Source: Phycisphaeraceae bacterium
GTDB taxonomy: Bacteria > Planctomycetota > Phycisphaerae > Phycisphaerales > UBA1924
Direction: 5' to 3'
NCBI GenBank assembly: GCA_019636625.1
Contig: JAHBXE010000020.1
Location: 1 to 64,000 of the forward strand
DNA: 64,000 nt
The position numbers and the translations under genes are program-made. Shown here one piece after another: positions 19,642 to 29,527 of the stretch (position 1 is the stretch's first letter; every line of letters starts with the position of its first letter). The notes under the pieces are model-generated. The model was given only the letters and a program-made list of their open reading frames with translations, ran no database searches and was not told the origin of the DNA.

Positions 19642-20859
19642 TCACGCCGCCAGCGAGCGAAGATAGTCCGTCAGCAGCTCCGCATCCTCCCGGCTCACCT
19701 CGTCCAGCCCCAACGCATACAGGATCGACTCCGCCCGGTCCGACCGCGGCCGGAACGCGTGCGAAAGCAGCCGCTTCCCGTTCGAATCGCTCAGGTAAGC
19801 CACCGCATCATCCGGCCCGCCGACCTCGATCTCGATGTTCTGCGTGCCGATCGCGAACCGCTCCGGCCCCTTGGCCGTCTCGTCATAGAGCTGCTTGGAC
19901 ATCGTGCGGTCAATGATCTCGATCAACTGGTTCTGCACCCGGTCCGCGATCGCGCCCACATCGCCGATCGAGTCCGCCGTGTCCTTGAACAACTCCGACA
20001 GCGCGCTGTATTCACCGCTCGACTTGGCCACAATGCCCGCCAGGCGATCCGGCCGCAGCCCGAGCAGCCGCTCCGCCGTCAGCGGCATCGGCGCCGTCTC
20101 GCGCGGCTCCGCGCTCGATTCAAGCTGCAACGACCCCACGTAGTACGCAATCCTCTGCAGCCGCTGCATCGGCGTCGGGCTCCCCGTGCCCTCGACCGGC
20201 GCGGCGTGGTGCCGCTCGATCGGCTTGGCCAGCAGCTCCGGCATCCTCCAGCGCCGCATCAGGGCCGTTGCCACATCCACGTGCGTGAACGGCAGGCTCT
20301 GGAACTCCTCGCGGAACTGCCGCGTCGGCGTGCGCTGCTCGTCCAGCATCTTCAGGTACGGCGCGCCCAGCAGCCGGCACATGATCGGGATGCCCACATC
20401 CAGCATCAATCCGACCACGAACGCCTCTGGCGCATGCCCCGGGCACACCTCGCGCGCAATCTCCGCCGACAGGCACGCCCGGTACACCCCCTCGCCCCAC
20501 ACCCGGCGCGCCACCCCGTGCGCCCCATCCCCCGAAGCCGCCCGGCTCAGGTAGAAACCAAGCGACACCGCCTTCAGCCGCTCCAGCCCGAGCAGCACGC
20601 ACGCCCGCTCCAGCCCCGTCACCGGCTGCCGCTGCGCGAAGTAAGCCGAGTTCGCCAGCCGCAGCAACCGTCCCGAGATCGCCGGGTCGTTCTTGATCAC
20701 GTCCGCGTATTGCTTCAGCCCGGACTGCGGGTCCGACACCAGCTTGAGCACACGCGCCGCCACCTCCGGCTGCGTCTCAATCCCGACCCCTTCAAGTTTG
20801 GTGTCCAGGCTCTGGAGGAGCCCCTCAACTTCGGCCGCGGATAGAAACGCCCGGGGTTT
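19642..20859 (-). CDS. HDOD-domain signalling protein
   Basis: The HDOD pattern (LGLERLKAVSLGFYLSRA..., VGLMLDVGIPIM) is present. The start was chosen at MKPRAF. Confidence 0.6.
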   Translation of the reverse strand, partial: KPRAFLSAAEVEGLLQSLDTKLEGVGIETQPEVAARVLKLVSDPQSGLKQYADVIKNDPAISGRLLRLANSAYFAQRQPVTGLERACVLLGLERLKAVSLGFYLSRAASGDGAHGVARRVWGEGVYRACLSAEIAREVCPGHAPEAFVVGLMLDVGIPIMCRLLGAPYLKMLDEQRTPTRQFREEFQSLPFTHVDVATALMRRWRMPELLAKPIERHHAAPVEGTGSPTPMQRLQRIAYYVGSLQLESSAEPRETAPMPLTAERLLGLRPDRLAGIVAKSSGEYSALSELFKDTADSIGDVGAIADRVQNQLIEIIDRTMSKQLYDETAKGPERFAIGTQNIEIEVGGPDDAVAYLSDSNGKRLLSHAFRPRSDRAESILYALGLDEVSREDAELLTDYLRSLAA

Positions 20860-21026
20860 CATGCGATCGGACTTCCCTCTGCTGATTCGTCCGGGAACAA
20901 CACACCCGGACGCCCGGGCACACATTGGCGACCATAAGAGGTCGGTCCGCCATCCCTCAAACTTGACTGATCGAAGTCCGATAGCCGCGCCCGACAACAG
21001 GAATTGTCCCTAGCGCACCCCGCGTC

Positions 21027-21755
21027 CTACGGCTGCAAGCGGGTTGCCGACCACGCGCCCGCCCGCAGCGACGCCCCCTCGCGCACCAGCGCCCGGCTCC
21101 ACACCGCCCGGTCGTGCAGCCGACCCGCGCCCGCCGCCCACAACTCCATCCGGTCCGCCCAGACCCGATAACCACCCCAGTGCGGCGGCCTCGGGATCGA
21201 CACGCTCGCCCCTTCCCCCGGCGGATTGAATGGGTCCAGTCCGAACCGCTTCATCGTCTCGGCGAGCTTCATCAGCATCGCCCCGGGCGAGTCGATCGGC
21301 CGGCTTTGGTCGCTCGCCCAGGCCCCGATCCGACTCTGCCACGGCCGCGTCGCGAAGTACGCATCGCTCTCCTCCGCCGGCGAACGCACGGCCACACCCT
21401 CCACACGCACCTGCCGATCCAGGTCGTCCCAGTGGAACACCAGCGCCACCCGACCCTTCCCCAGCGGCCCCGACGCCCCGTCCTCGATGGCCACCGCCTT
21501 CCGCCCCGTGTAGTTCGTGTAGAACACGAACACGCCATCCGCCATGTTGAACGCCTTGCACAGCACGATCCGCGCGCTCACCCGACCATCCGCGTCCACC
21601 GTCGCCAGGGTCATCGCATTCGGGTTCGGCTGAACGTGCTTCGCGTGCGCATCGTCCCACCACGCACGAAACAGCGGCATGGGGTCCGCCGGCAGCGGAT
21701 CGGGCAGGTGCTCGCCGCCGCCCCCCGCCATCGCGTTGCTCTGGTCAAAGCCCAT
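21027..21755 (-). CDS. pdxH: pyridoxamine 5'-phosphate oxidase
   Basis: Contains NAMTLATVDADGRVSARIVLCK, VFYTNYTGRKA and HWDDLDRQVRVEGV, and the C-terminus has PRPPHWGGYRV. These are PdxH motifs. Confidence 0.8.
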   Translation of the reverse strand: MGFDQSNAMAGGGGEHLPDPLPADPMPLFRAWWDDAHAKHVQPNPNAMTLATVDADGRVSARIVLCKAFNMADGVFVFYTNYTGRKAVAIEDGASGPLGKGRVALVFHWDDLDRQVRVEGVAVRSPAEESDAYFATRPWQSRIGAWASDQSRPIDSPGAMLMKLAETMKRFGLDPFNPPGEGASVSIPRPPHWGGYRVWADRMELWAAGAGRLHDRAVWSRALVREGASLRAGAWSATRLQP

Positions 21756-23311
21756 CAGAAGGTCTTCCTCAAACGGGCCGAGGGAATCCCGAGCTGGTCC
21801 CGGTACTTCGCCACCGTCCGACGCGCGATCTCAATCCCTTTCCCCTTGAGCGCCTCCACGATCGCCTCGTCCGACAGCGGCTTGCCCTTGTCCTCCGCCG
21901 CGATCACTTCCTGCAGCGCCGCCCGCACCGCATCGTAACTCATGTCCTCCCCGCTCTCGGTCGCCAGGCCGCCTGTGAAGAACTTCCGCAGCGGCACGAT
22001 CCCCCGCGGCGTCTGCAGGTACTTCTCCGCCACCGCCCGCGACACCGTCGCCACGTGGATCCCCAGTTGCTCCGCCACCTGCGTCATCGGCAACGGCTTC
22101 ATCGCCTGCGGCCCGTAGTCGAAAAACTCCCGCTGGGCTTCCACCACCACCCCGATCACCCGCAGCAGCGTATGCCGCCGCTGCCCCACCGCATCGATCA
22201 GCCACTGCGCGTTGCTCATGTTCGTCTTCAGAAACTCCCGGTCCTTCTTCGGCACGTTCTTGTCCCGCGCCATCTCCGCGTACTGCTTGTTGATCCGCAG
22301 GTTCGGCAGCCGCGAATCGTTCAGGTACGCGATGTACCGGTCCTGCTCCTCGTCGTACTCCACGATCGCATCCGGGATGATCGGCGGCGGCGACTCCTCC
22401 ACCAGCCGACGCGCCGGCGCCAGGCTCAGCCGCTTCATCAGCTCCAGCCCCGTCTTGATCTGCTCGATCGAGAACCCCGTCTTCTCGCTGATCCGCGGCA
22501 GGCGGTTCTGCGTCAGGTCGTCCATGTGGTCCGCGATCATCCGCTTCGCGATCGCCAGCGCATCCGGGCTCGCCGCCCCCGCCCGCTGCATCGCCTCGAT
22601 CTGGATGAGCAGGCACTCCCGCGCATCCCGCGCCGCCGTCCCCGGTGGGTCCAGCTGCGCCTGCAGCTCCGCCAGCGCTGCCTCCAGCACCGCCACGCTC
22701 GGACGCATCGCCCCCGCCGGCGCACGGTCCGCGATCACCTCCAGCGGCGTCCGCACATACCCGTCGTCCTCGATGAACGACAGGATCAGCGCCCCCGCCT
22801 CCCGCAGCTCCGCCGGCACGTCCGCCAGCGACCACTGCTCCAGCAACTGCTCCTGCAAGGACGCCGACCGCGCCGGCGCCGCCGCCATCGCGTCCATCTT
22901 CCCGTCACGGTCCCCGTCCGAACGAGCTCGCGAGAACGTCGAAGGTTCAAAGTCGCGGGTCGTCGCCTGGTCCGCCGCGGCGTTCGAGTACTCGTTCTCC
23001 GCCAGGTCCGGGTTCGCCGACTCGAACGACTCGAGCCGCTCAAAGTCGCTCGCCCCCTGCTTCTCATCCACCGACAGCGGCCGCTCGTTCTCCCGCGCCT
23101 CGCGCTCCGCGGACTTCTGCTCCTCCAGCAACTGCCGCCGGTCCGCGCTCCCCTCTGCCACCTCGAGCGTCACGTTGCTCTCCAGCTCCTGCTCGATCCG
23201 CTCCTCCAGCTCCGCCAGCGGCATCTGCAGGATCTCCATCGACTGGATCATCCTGGGCGCCAGCTTCATCTGCTGGCCGAGCTTCATGTGCTGGGAGGTG
23301 TCAAATCGCAT
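21755..23311 (-). CDS. rpoN: RNA polymerase sigma-54 factor
   Basis: The C-terminal RpoN box is ARRTVAKYRDQLGIPSARLRK, and an HTH (QVAEQLGIHVATVSRAV) is present. The N-terminal region is Gln/Leu-rich with an acidic stretch. Confidence 0.9.
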   Translation of the reverse strand: MRFDTSQHMKLGQQMKLAPRMIQSMEILQMPLAELEERIEQELESNVTLEVAEGSADRRQLLEEQKSAEREARENERPLSVDEKQGASDFERLESFESANPDLAENEYSNAAADQATTRDFEPSTFSRARSDGDRDGKMDAMAAAPARSASLQEQLLEQWSLADVPAELREAGALILSFIEDDGYVRTPLEVIADRAPAGAMRPSVAVLEAALAELQAQLDPPGTAARDARECLLIQIEAMQRAGAASPDALAIAKRMIADHMDDLTQNRLPRISEKTGFSIEQIKTGLELMKRLSLAPARRLVEESPPPIIPDAIVEYDEEQDRYIAYLNDSRLPNLRINKQYAEMARDKNVPKKDREFLKTNMSNAQWLIDAVGQRRHTLLRVIGVVVEAQREFFDYGPQAMKPLPMTQVAEQLGIHVATVSRAVAEKYLQTPRGIVPLRKFFTGGLATESGEDMSYDAVRAALQEVIAAEDKGKPLSDEAIVEALKGKGIEIARRTVAKYRDQLGIPSARLRKTF

Positions 23312-23329
23312 CGCGTGTTCCGTGCTCTC

Positions 23330-24037
23330 CTAATCGACCCTCTGCCGCCCCTGGATCGCATCCGCCAGCACCGCTTTGTTCGCATACTCCAGTTGCCCAC
23401 CCGACGGTAACCCCCGGGCAAGACGGGTAACCTGCACCGCCCGGCCCTTGAGCTGCTCCGCAAGATACAGGGCCGTCCCATCCCCCTCGACGTTCGGGTT
23501 CAGTCCAAGGACAACCTCCCGCACGCTCACACCCCCCGGGTTCTTCTTCGGATCGTCGATCCGTGCCAGGAACTCCGCGATGGTCAGGTCCCCCGGACCG
23601 ATCCCGTCCAGCGGGCTCAGCCGCCCCATCAGCACGTGGTACAGCCCCTTGTACATCCCCGTCTGCTCCAGGGCGATGAGGTCCTTGGGCTGCTCCACCA
23701 CGAGGATTGTCCCACGATCCCTCGACGGGTCCGCACAGATCGCGCACGGGTCCTCATCCGTGAGGTTCGAGCACACCGAACAGTGCCGCACCCTCTCCTT
23801 CACATCCTGGATCGCGCGGGCCAGCCCCAGGGCCGCCCCCGGCTCCGACTTGAGCACGTGAAACGCCAGCCGCTCCGCCGACCGCCGCCCGATCCCCGGC
23901 AGCTTCGCGAACTCCGCGATCAACCGCTCCACCGTCCCGGGAAACGCCTGCCGGCGCGCAGCCGGCCCCGGCCCCACGCCTCCGACTCCGGGCTCTCCCC
24001 CGGCCGATGGAACTTCCCTGTCCATGCCCGTCATCGT
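23330..24037 (-). CDS. recR: recombination protein RecR
   Basis: KLPGIGRRSAERLAFHVL is the HhH region, CSVCSNLTDEDPCAICAD is the C4 zinc finger, and a Toprim region follows. Confidence 0.85.
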   Translation of the reverse strand, partial: TMTGMDREVPSAGGEPGVGGVGPGPAARRQAFPGTVERLIAEFAKLPGIGRRSAERLAFHVLKSEPGAALGLARAIQDVKERVRHCSVCSNLTDEDPCAICADPSRDRGTILVVEQPKDLIALEQTGMYKGLYHVLMGRLSPLDGIGPGDLTIAEFLARIDDPKKNPGGVSVREVVLGLNPNVEGDGTALYLAEQLKGRAVQVTRLARGLPSGGQLEYANKAVLADAIQGRQRVD

Positions 24038-24068
24038 ACGCGCGCGTACCCTCCTCCCGATGCCCGAG

Positions 24069-24716
24069 ATGAGCGCCCGCCGTCGCGCCCGACGGCTTTC
24101 CATCATCCTCACCACCCTTCTCGCCGTCGCCCTCGGCGCCCGCTTCGCCTACACGGGCGTCGTCCCCAACCTCTTCCCCAAGCGATTCCACACCGTCGAT
24201 CCCGGCAAGGTCTACCGCTCAGGGCAGCTCACGCCCGCCGCCTTCGAAAGCGTCATCCGCGAACACAAGATCCGCACCATCATCGATCTCGGCTCCACCA
24301 TCCACGGCCAGGCGCCAGGCGAACGCCGCAACCACCGCGCCGCCGAGGCCCTCGGCGTCACCCGCTACGTCTTCCACCTGTACGGCGACTCGTCCGGAAA
24401 CCCCAACGAGTACATCCAGGCGCTCCGCCTCGCCTCCGACCCCGCCAACCAGCCCGTCCTCATCCACTGCGGCGCCGGCACCGAACGCACCGGCTTCGCC
24501 TGCCTGCTCTACAAGGCCCACCACTTCGGCACGCCCATCGACGAGGGCTTCCGCGAGGCCCAGTCCGTCGGCCACAATCCCCGCCGAACCCCCATGCTCC
24601 GCACCATGATCGACAAGTGGGTCAACCCCATCCTCGTCCACCTCCGAGAGGGCGGCCAGATCCAGAGCACCGATTTCCCCACCCTCCCCGACCCCGTCCC
24701 CGACGTCACCCCCTAA
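24069..24716 (+). CDS. membrane-anchored protein-tyrosine/dual-specificity phosphatase-like protein
   Basis: HCGAGTERTG matches the CX5R catalytic P-loop. There is an N-terminal TM/signal segment. Confidence 0.55.
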   Translation: MSARRRARRLSIILTTLLAVALGARFAYTGVVPNLFPKRFHTVDPGKVYRSGQLTPAAFESVIREHKIRTIIDLGSTIHGQAPGERRNHRAAEALGVTRYVFHLYGDSSGNPNEYIQALRLASDPANQPVLIHCGAGTERTGFACLLYKAHHFGTPIDEGFREAQSVGHNPRRTPMLRTMIDKWVNPILVHLREGGQIQSTDFPTLPDPVPDVTP

Positions 24717-24720
24717 GGCC

Positions 24721-25431
24721 TCAACTCTCCCGCTTCCGGAACGCCGCCCGCAAACGCCGCCGCGCCGGCGATTCATCATCCAGAAAATCATCCACCTCGC
24801 GCATCGGCGCCCAGCCGCAGGCGCCAAACAAACCCGTCAACTCATCCACCGTCAGCGCAAACGGCGGAGCCGTCGCCGCAGGTTCACCCGGCTCCCGCCC
24901 GCGGCACACCGCCAGCACAAGCCCCTTGGGCCGCGCAAGCGATACAACGCCCCGCGCCACCCGCTCCCGCAGCGTTGGGTGCACCGCCTGTAGCGTGTTG
25001 ATCTCGACCACCAAGTCCGCCCGGCGCTGCAGCGACGGTGGGGGGCTCATCGCATCCGCCACCACGTACCGGTCCCGCAACGCCGGGAACCGATGGCGCG
25101 CCCACTCCACCGCCGTCGGGGAAACATCAAACCCCACCGGGTCGTACCCGCGATCGGCCAACTCCCGCACATCGTCCCCAAGCCCGCAACCGACCACCGC
25201 CACCCGCGCCCCGGGCCGCATCAACCCCGGCGCCTCCCGGTTGAGCCACGTCACCAGCGCCGGACTCGGCCGCTCATGCGCCCAGGGAACCCGCGCCGCA
25301 TCCCCCGCCGCATCCCGGTACAGGTCCTCGAAGTACGAACTCCACGCCGACGGATCGCCGCTCGTCGGCGGATTCAGACCCGCCACAACCGGCACCTCCA
25401 CACTGCGTTGTTTGTCCGTGCCAAGCACCAT
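24721..25431 (-). CDS. class I SAM-dependent methyltransferase
   Basis: VAVVGCGLGDDVRELA matches motif I (GxGxG), and a downstream acidic motif is present. Confidence 0.6.
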   Translation of the reverse strand: MVLGTDKQRSVEVPVVAGLNPPTSGDPSAWSSYFEDLYRDAAGDAARVPWAHERPSPALVTWLNREAPGLMRPGARVAVVGCGLGDDVRELADRGYDPVGFDVSPTAVEWARHRFPALRDRYVVADAMSPPPSLQRRADLVVEINTLQAVHPTLRERVARGVVSLARPKGLVLAVCRGREPGEPAATAPPFALTVDELTGLFGACGWAPMREVDDFLDDESPARRRLRAAFRKRES

Positions 25432-25606
25432 GCCGCACCCCCTTTCAGGGGAAAGCCGTGAACAGGCCGCGAGCGTGCCCCATGCTACCACGGCCGGTCG
25501 GCGCCGACAAACAGATTCCAAGGGGAACCGCCGAATTCACGCCGCGGGAAAGAAAAAAGCCCGGTGCCAGCGGCACCGGGCCTTGCAACTCGATCCTTCG
25601 CCTTCG

Positions 25607-25752
25607 GCTTACGTGCAGCCCGCGGCGAACTTGTTCAGGAAGCACTGGAAGTCGTTGGCCGTGAGCAGCGGCGTCCCCGTGGACCCGTCGCAGTTGGCGT
25701 ACGTGTCGCCCGCGGCGAACTTGTTCAGGAAGCACTGGAAGTCGTTGGCCGT
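25607..25752. repeat. 90-bp-period tandem duplication inside the C-terminal domain coding region
   Basis: GCCCGCGGCGAACTTGTTCAGGAAGCACTGGAAGTCGTTGGCCGTGAGCAGCGGCG occurs twice, 90 bp (30 codons) apart. The two copies are ~56 nt and identical. Confidence 0.8.
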
Positions 25753-27267
25753 GAGCAGCGGCGAACCCGACGACTGGTCGCAGTTCGCGTAGCACGCCGC
25801 CGGCGGAGGCGCGCCGGGCACATGGGCCGCCGCGGTGATCGTGTCAACATACCCGGTCAGCGGCTTGTAGTAGCCCAGCGTGACGCTGCCGTTCGAGGCC
25901 GGCGCCACGTTCGCGATGAACCGGAAGTTGCACATCGTGCCCCAGCGGATGTAGCTGCCCAGCGTCGGCGTCGCGGCGTTCCACGTGTTGGGCGAGGCCC
26001 ACACGAGTTGCGACCCCGTGTTCGTCTGCGTCCACGCCGCGTTCCGGTTCGCATCGTCCGCCACCGAGCCCGAGTGGCACATGATCTGCCGCATCTCGAT
26101 ATTGGACACCGTCGCCCCGGCGGGAATGTTGACCCGGAACGACCCGACACCCCGGTCCGAGTTCAGGTTGAACACGGCGTACTCATAGTTCCAGAACCCG
26201 CCGCCCAGGTCCGTGGCCTTCGAGGCGACATAAATCCAGCCGTCGCCGTCGGGCGTCACCAGCGTCGTGCCCGCCCCCTGCGCACCGTTGTACGGATACG
26301 CCGGCTGCGAGAAGAACGTCTGCCCGCACGACACTTCCGTGATCATCACGCTGTTGTCCGGCGTGTTGACCCCGTTGCCGTGATCGCGCCACGCGAAGAT
26401 CGCCGGCTTGGTCCGCTGCGTCCCGTTCAAGCCGCCGCCCTGCGAACCGGTAAGCGTGATACTCGTCCCGTTGCCGTTCACCGTGAACCGCCGGTACGAC
26501 GCGTTGTTCTTCGAGTTGCCGAAGCTCGCATCGTCCCGCGTGATGTAGATCGCTTCACCGAAGTACAGCGCGCCCGGGTTCAGCGCCGCGTTGAAGTCGT
26601 CCTTGTGCACCCGCAGCCGCCGCGACGTCCCGTCCGTCGTCGCCGGCCAGGCGTTCCGAACCGCCGTGCTGTCCGGGAACACACCCGTGAACGGGTTGCA
26701 CTCGTACCGCGGGCCGGCCGAGCTCTGCGTCGCGTTCCGGCTCGCTGTGTACGGGTCCGAGCACCCCATCCCCAGCACCGATCCGCCCGAGCCGTTGCAC
26801 CCGATGCTGCACACGTTCTGCGTCAGCGCCGTGAACGCGTACTTGCTCCAGCTGTACCCGATCTGCTCAAACCGGGTCGCCCCGTTCACCGTCTTCAGCC
26901 GGTACATGTTCTGGGGAATGATCGGGTGGAACGGCGTGTTCGACCGCCACAGCAGGTTCTGACCGTTCGAGTTGACCGTGCTGATATTGCACGATGTGGT
27001 CCCAAGGCCGTACGCGTAGTACGGATCCACAAAGGATGAACTTGAGGTGGTCGTATCGCCCGACCCCGTGTTCTCAATCTCACCAACGATCACGTCCGGT
27101 CCGCCGCCCGCGTCAGTGCCCCCGCCCGACACCGGGTACACCCGGTTCAGCGCCGACTGCAGCACAGGATTGTCCGCGAACTTGTCCGACACCTGGCCAT
27201 GGGCCGCGGCCGAAACCACAGACCCCGCCACAGCCGACACCACAAGCGTGCTTCGACGAGTCTTCAT
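25609..27267 (-). CDS. secreted protein with conserved C-terminal Cys double-repeat domain
   Basis: Signal peptide MKTRRSTLVVSAVAGSVVSAAAHG. C-terminus is CYANCDQSSGSPLLTANDFQCFLNKFAAGDTYANCDGSTGTPLLTANDFQCFLNKFAAGCT. Confidence 0.7.
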   Translation of the reverse strand: MKTRRSTLVVSAVAGSVVSAAAHGQVSDKFADNPVLQSALNRVYPVSGGGTDAGGGPDVIVGEIENTGSGDTTTSSSSFVDPYYAYGLGTTSCNISTVNSNGQNLLWRSNTPFHPIIPQNMYRLKTVNGATRFEQIGYSWSKYAFTALTQNVCSIGCNGSGGSVLGMGCSDPYTASRNATQSSAGPRYECNPFTGVFPDSTAVRNAWPATTDGTSRRLRVHKDDFNAALNPGALYFGEAIYITRDDASFGNSKNNASYRRFTVNGNGTSITLTGSQGGGLNGTQRTKPAIFAWRDHGNGVNTPDNSVMITEVSCGQTFFSQPAYPYNGAQGAGTTLVTPDGDGWIYVASKATDLGGGFWNYEYAVFNLNSDRGVGSFRVNIPAGATVSNIEMRQIMCHSGSVADDANRNAAWTQTNTGSQLVWASPNTWNAATPTLGSYIRWGTMCNFRFIANVAPASNGSVTLGYYKPLTGYVDTITAAAHVPGAPPPAACYANCDQSSGSPLLTANDFQCFLNKFAAGDTYANCDGSTGTPLLTANDFQCFLNKFAAGCT

Positions 27268-27430
27268 CGATACCTCCGAAAGTGCTCAAGAAAATGCGGA
27301 CCAGAACCGGCCTGACCCTTGCCTAGTTCAACATACCACGACCTGACACGGATGAAAACCGAAATTCTCAGCCTATCAAACAAAGACCTGATAACCCATG
27401 ACACCTGACCGGGGGATGTCCCCAATGAGA

Positions 27431-29365
27431 TCATCTATTCGCACGGGTCTCCCACTCGGATGCCTCCGCCTCCCGACCAAGTTCCCTCAGCATCCCCGCC
27501 ACATGCCCCGCCACCTCTCGATTCGCCGGATCAAGCCCCGCCGCGGCCTTCATTTCTCGCAATCCATCCTCCATGCGCCCTGTCGCCGCAAGCAAAAGCC
27601 CTAATCTCGCCCTCGCCTGCACCGACTTCGGATTCCGCTCCACCACCCGCTCCACCACGGCCACCGCTTCGCCAGCCTCTCCCAAACCGACAAGCATCTC
27701 CGCCGCGAACATCCCGTTCCGCACATCCCCGGGCCGGGAATCCACCCCGCGCCGGATCATCTCCCGCGCGTCATCCTTCGCCCCCCGCATCCCCGCAAAC
27801 CGCCCCAGCCACAACCACGCGCTGGACAGATCCTGATACTCCCCCGTCAAGGCCTTCAACTCCTTCTCCGCCGCCGCCGCATCCGCCGAACGCAGCATCA
27901 CCAACCGGATCAGCGCATCCTCCACCTGCGATGGCGATGCCCTGCCATCCCGCTTCGCCCACCGCAGCGCCGCGCGAAGTTCCCCCTCCGCGCCCTCCAC
28001 ATTCCCCGCCATCGCCTCCAGCCGCACCACGCGCAGCGTGCGATCCACCGACCGATCCCATCCCCATCCGCCCGCTTCCACCGGCCCCGCGATCCTCAAG
28101 TGACCGAGCGCCGCTTTCGCCGCTGCCTTTTCCGCCTCGCTCGCCTTATACCCCCGCGTCAACACCGCATCCAGCGGCGTCTCGATCCGCTCATCCAGCG
28201 CGGTGCCCCACCACGAACTCCCATTCACCGCCACGCCCCACGCCCCGACCCCCCCGATCACCACCGCCGCGCCCGCCACCGCCCAACCCGCCGGCCGCAC
28301 CCTCCCTTTGAGCCGAAGCTGCCACCCGTGCACCCGCACGTTGGGCAGCCGCGCGATACTCACCGCCTTCCAGATCAGGTACGTCCCGATCCCCGCCATC
28401 CCCATCGCCATCAGCAGCGGCACCAGCCCCATCATCCCACGCAGACCCACCACCAGGCCCAGGAACACCACCCCGTACGCCACTTCCTCCTTCCACGACA
28501 GGTCGTACACCCGGCTCTTGAACTTCGCCGCCTTCGCCACCCGCGGCCGCGCCACCACCGCCGGCTTCCCGAACCCGAAGTACAGCGCCTCATTCGGGCA
28601 CACGCTGACACAATCCATGCACTTCATGCACCCCGGGTCCACCACCATCCCGTAGTCCCGGACCTCCTCGTGCACCCGCACATTACTGGTGCACACCGCC
28701 GTGCAGTGCCCGCAGTGCTCGCACGCGTCCGTCACCCGGATCCGCCCCGGCGCCACCCGGTCCGCCGGCCCGAAGAACCCGCCGTACGGGCACCCGTACG
28801 TGCAGAACCCCTTCGCCCCGAGGAAGTACACCACCGCGAACCCGCACAGCAGCAGGAACGGGATCGCCACATACCACGGCGGGAACGTCTCCCAGAAGTG
28901 CTCCGTCAGGAACGCCGCCTGGAACTCCGGCCGCTTCCCCACCTCCCCCACGTACGGCGCGATCGCCTTCCACCCCTCCGTCCCCACGATCGGCCTGATC
29001 ACTTCCCGCTTGATCGTCGGCCACAAAAACATGTACACCGCCAGCACCAGCGGCGCCCACACCAGCAGCCGCGACCGGAACGGCTTGGGCTTCACGCCCG
29101 CCTTCTTCATCGCCCACGCGCACAGGTCCTGCATCCCGACAACATGGCACCCCCACCCGCAGAAGTACCGCCCGAACACCAGCGTCGAGACAATCGCCAG
29201 CGCAAAGAACACGAACCCCGTGTTCACCTTCCCCAGGTTGATCGTGTACATCGCCTCCGACGGCTCCACCGGCGACAGCGTCATCCCGTACACCAGCCAG
29301 TGCAGGATGTGCACCGCCATCACCACGTGCACCGCCACCAGCACCGCCGCCCGCCGCGGCCCCAT
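27431..29365 (-). CDS. membrane polyferredoxin (NapH/MauN-like 4Fe-4S protein) fused to C-terminal TPR repeats
   Basis: Contains FCGWGCH, CEHCGHCTAVC and CMKCMDCVSVCP ferredoxin Cys clusters among TM helices. The C-terminal region is helical and TPR-like. Confidence 0.6.
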   Translation of the reverse strand: MGPRRAAVLVAVHVVMAVHILHWLVYGMTLSPVEPSEAMYTINLGKVNTGFVFFALAIVSTLVFGRYFCGWGCHVVGMQDLCAWAMKKAGVKPKPFRSRLLVWAPLVLAVYMFLWPTIKREVIRPIVGTEGWKAIAPYVGEVGKRPEFQAAFLTEHFWETFPPWYVAIPFLLLCGFAVVYFLGAKGFCTYGCPYGGFFGPADRVAPGRIRVTDACEHCGHCTAVCTSNVRVHEEVRDYGMVVDPGCMKCMDCVSVCPNEALYFGFGKPAVVARPRVAKAAKFKSRVYDLSWKEEVAYGVVFLGLVVGLRGMMGLVPLLMAMGMAGIGTYLIWKAVSIARLPNVRVHGWQLRLKGRVRPAGWAVAGAAVVIGGVGAWGVAVNGSSWWGTALDERIETPLDAVLTRGYKASEAEKAAAKAALGHLRIAGPVEAGGWGWDRSVDRTLRVVRLEAMAGNVEGAEGELRAALRWAKRDGRASPSQVEDALIRLVMLRSADAAAAEKELKALTGEYQDLSSAWLWLGRFAGMRGAKDDAREMIRRGVDSRPGDVRNGMFAAEMLVGLGEAGEAVAVVERVVERNPKSVQARARLGLLLAATGRMEDGLREMKAAAGLDPANREVAGHVAGMLRELGREAEASEWETRANR

Positions 29366-29527
29366 CTTCGACTTCCGGATCGCCTTCCCCCCAAGCACCG
29401 GCAGCGACACCGCGCTCCCGGAAGAGTGGGGGTGTGCCGCGGCACCGGCGCTGCACGTCCGCGCCGCCCCATCTCCCACATTGTCCCCCACATGGTCCCC
29501 TGGTCTCGGCATCGCGAAACGCTAGGC

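Noticed and set aside
23636-25792. 718-aa plus-strand ORF
   Set aside because: It spans several well-supported genes on both strands (recR, phosphatase, methyltransferase) and is Arg/Pro-rich low complexity.
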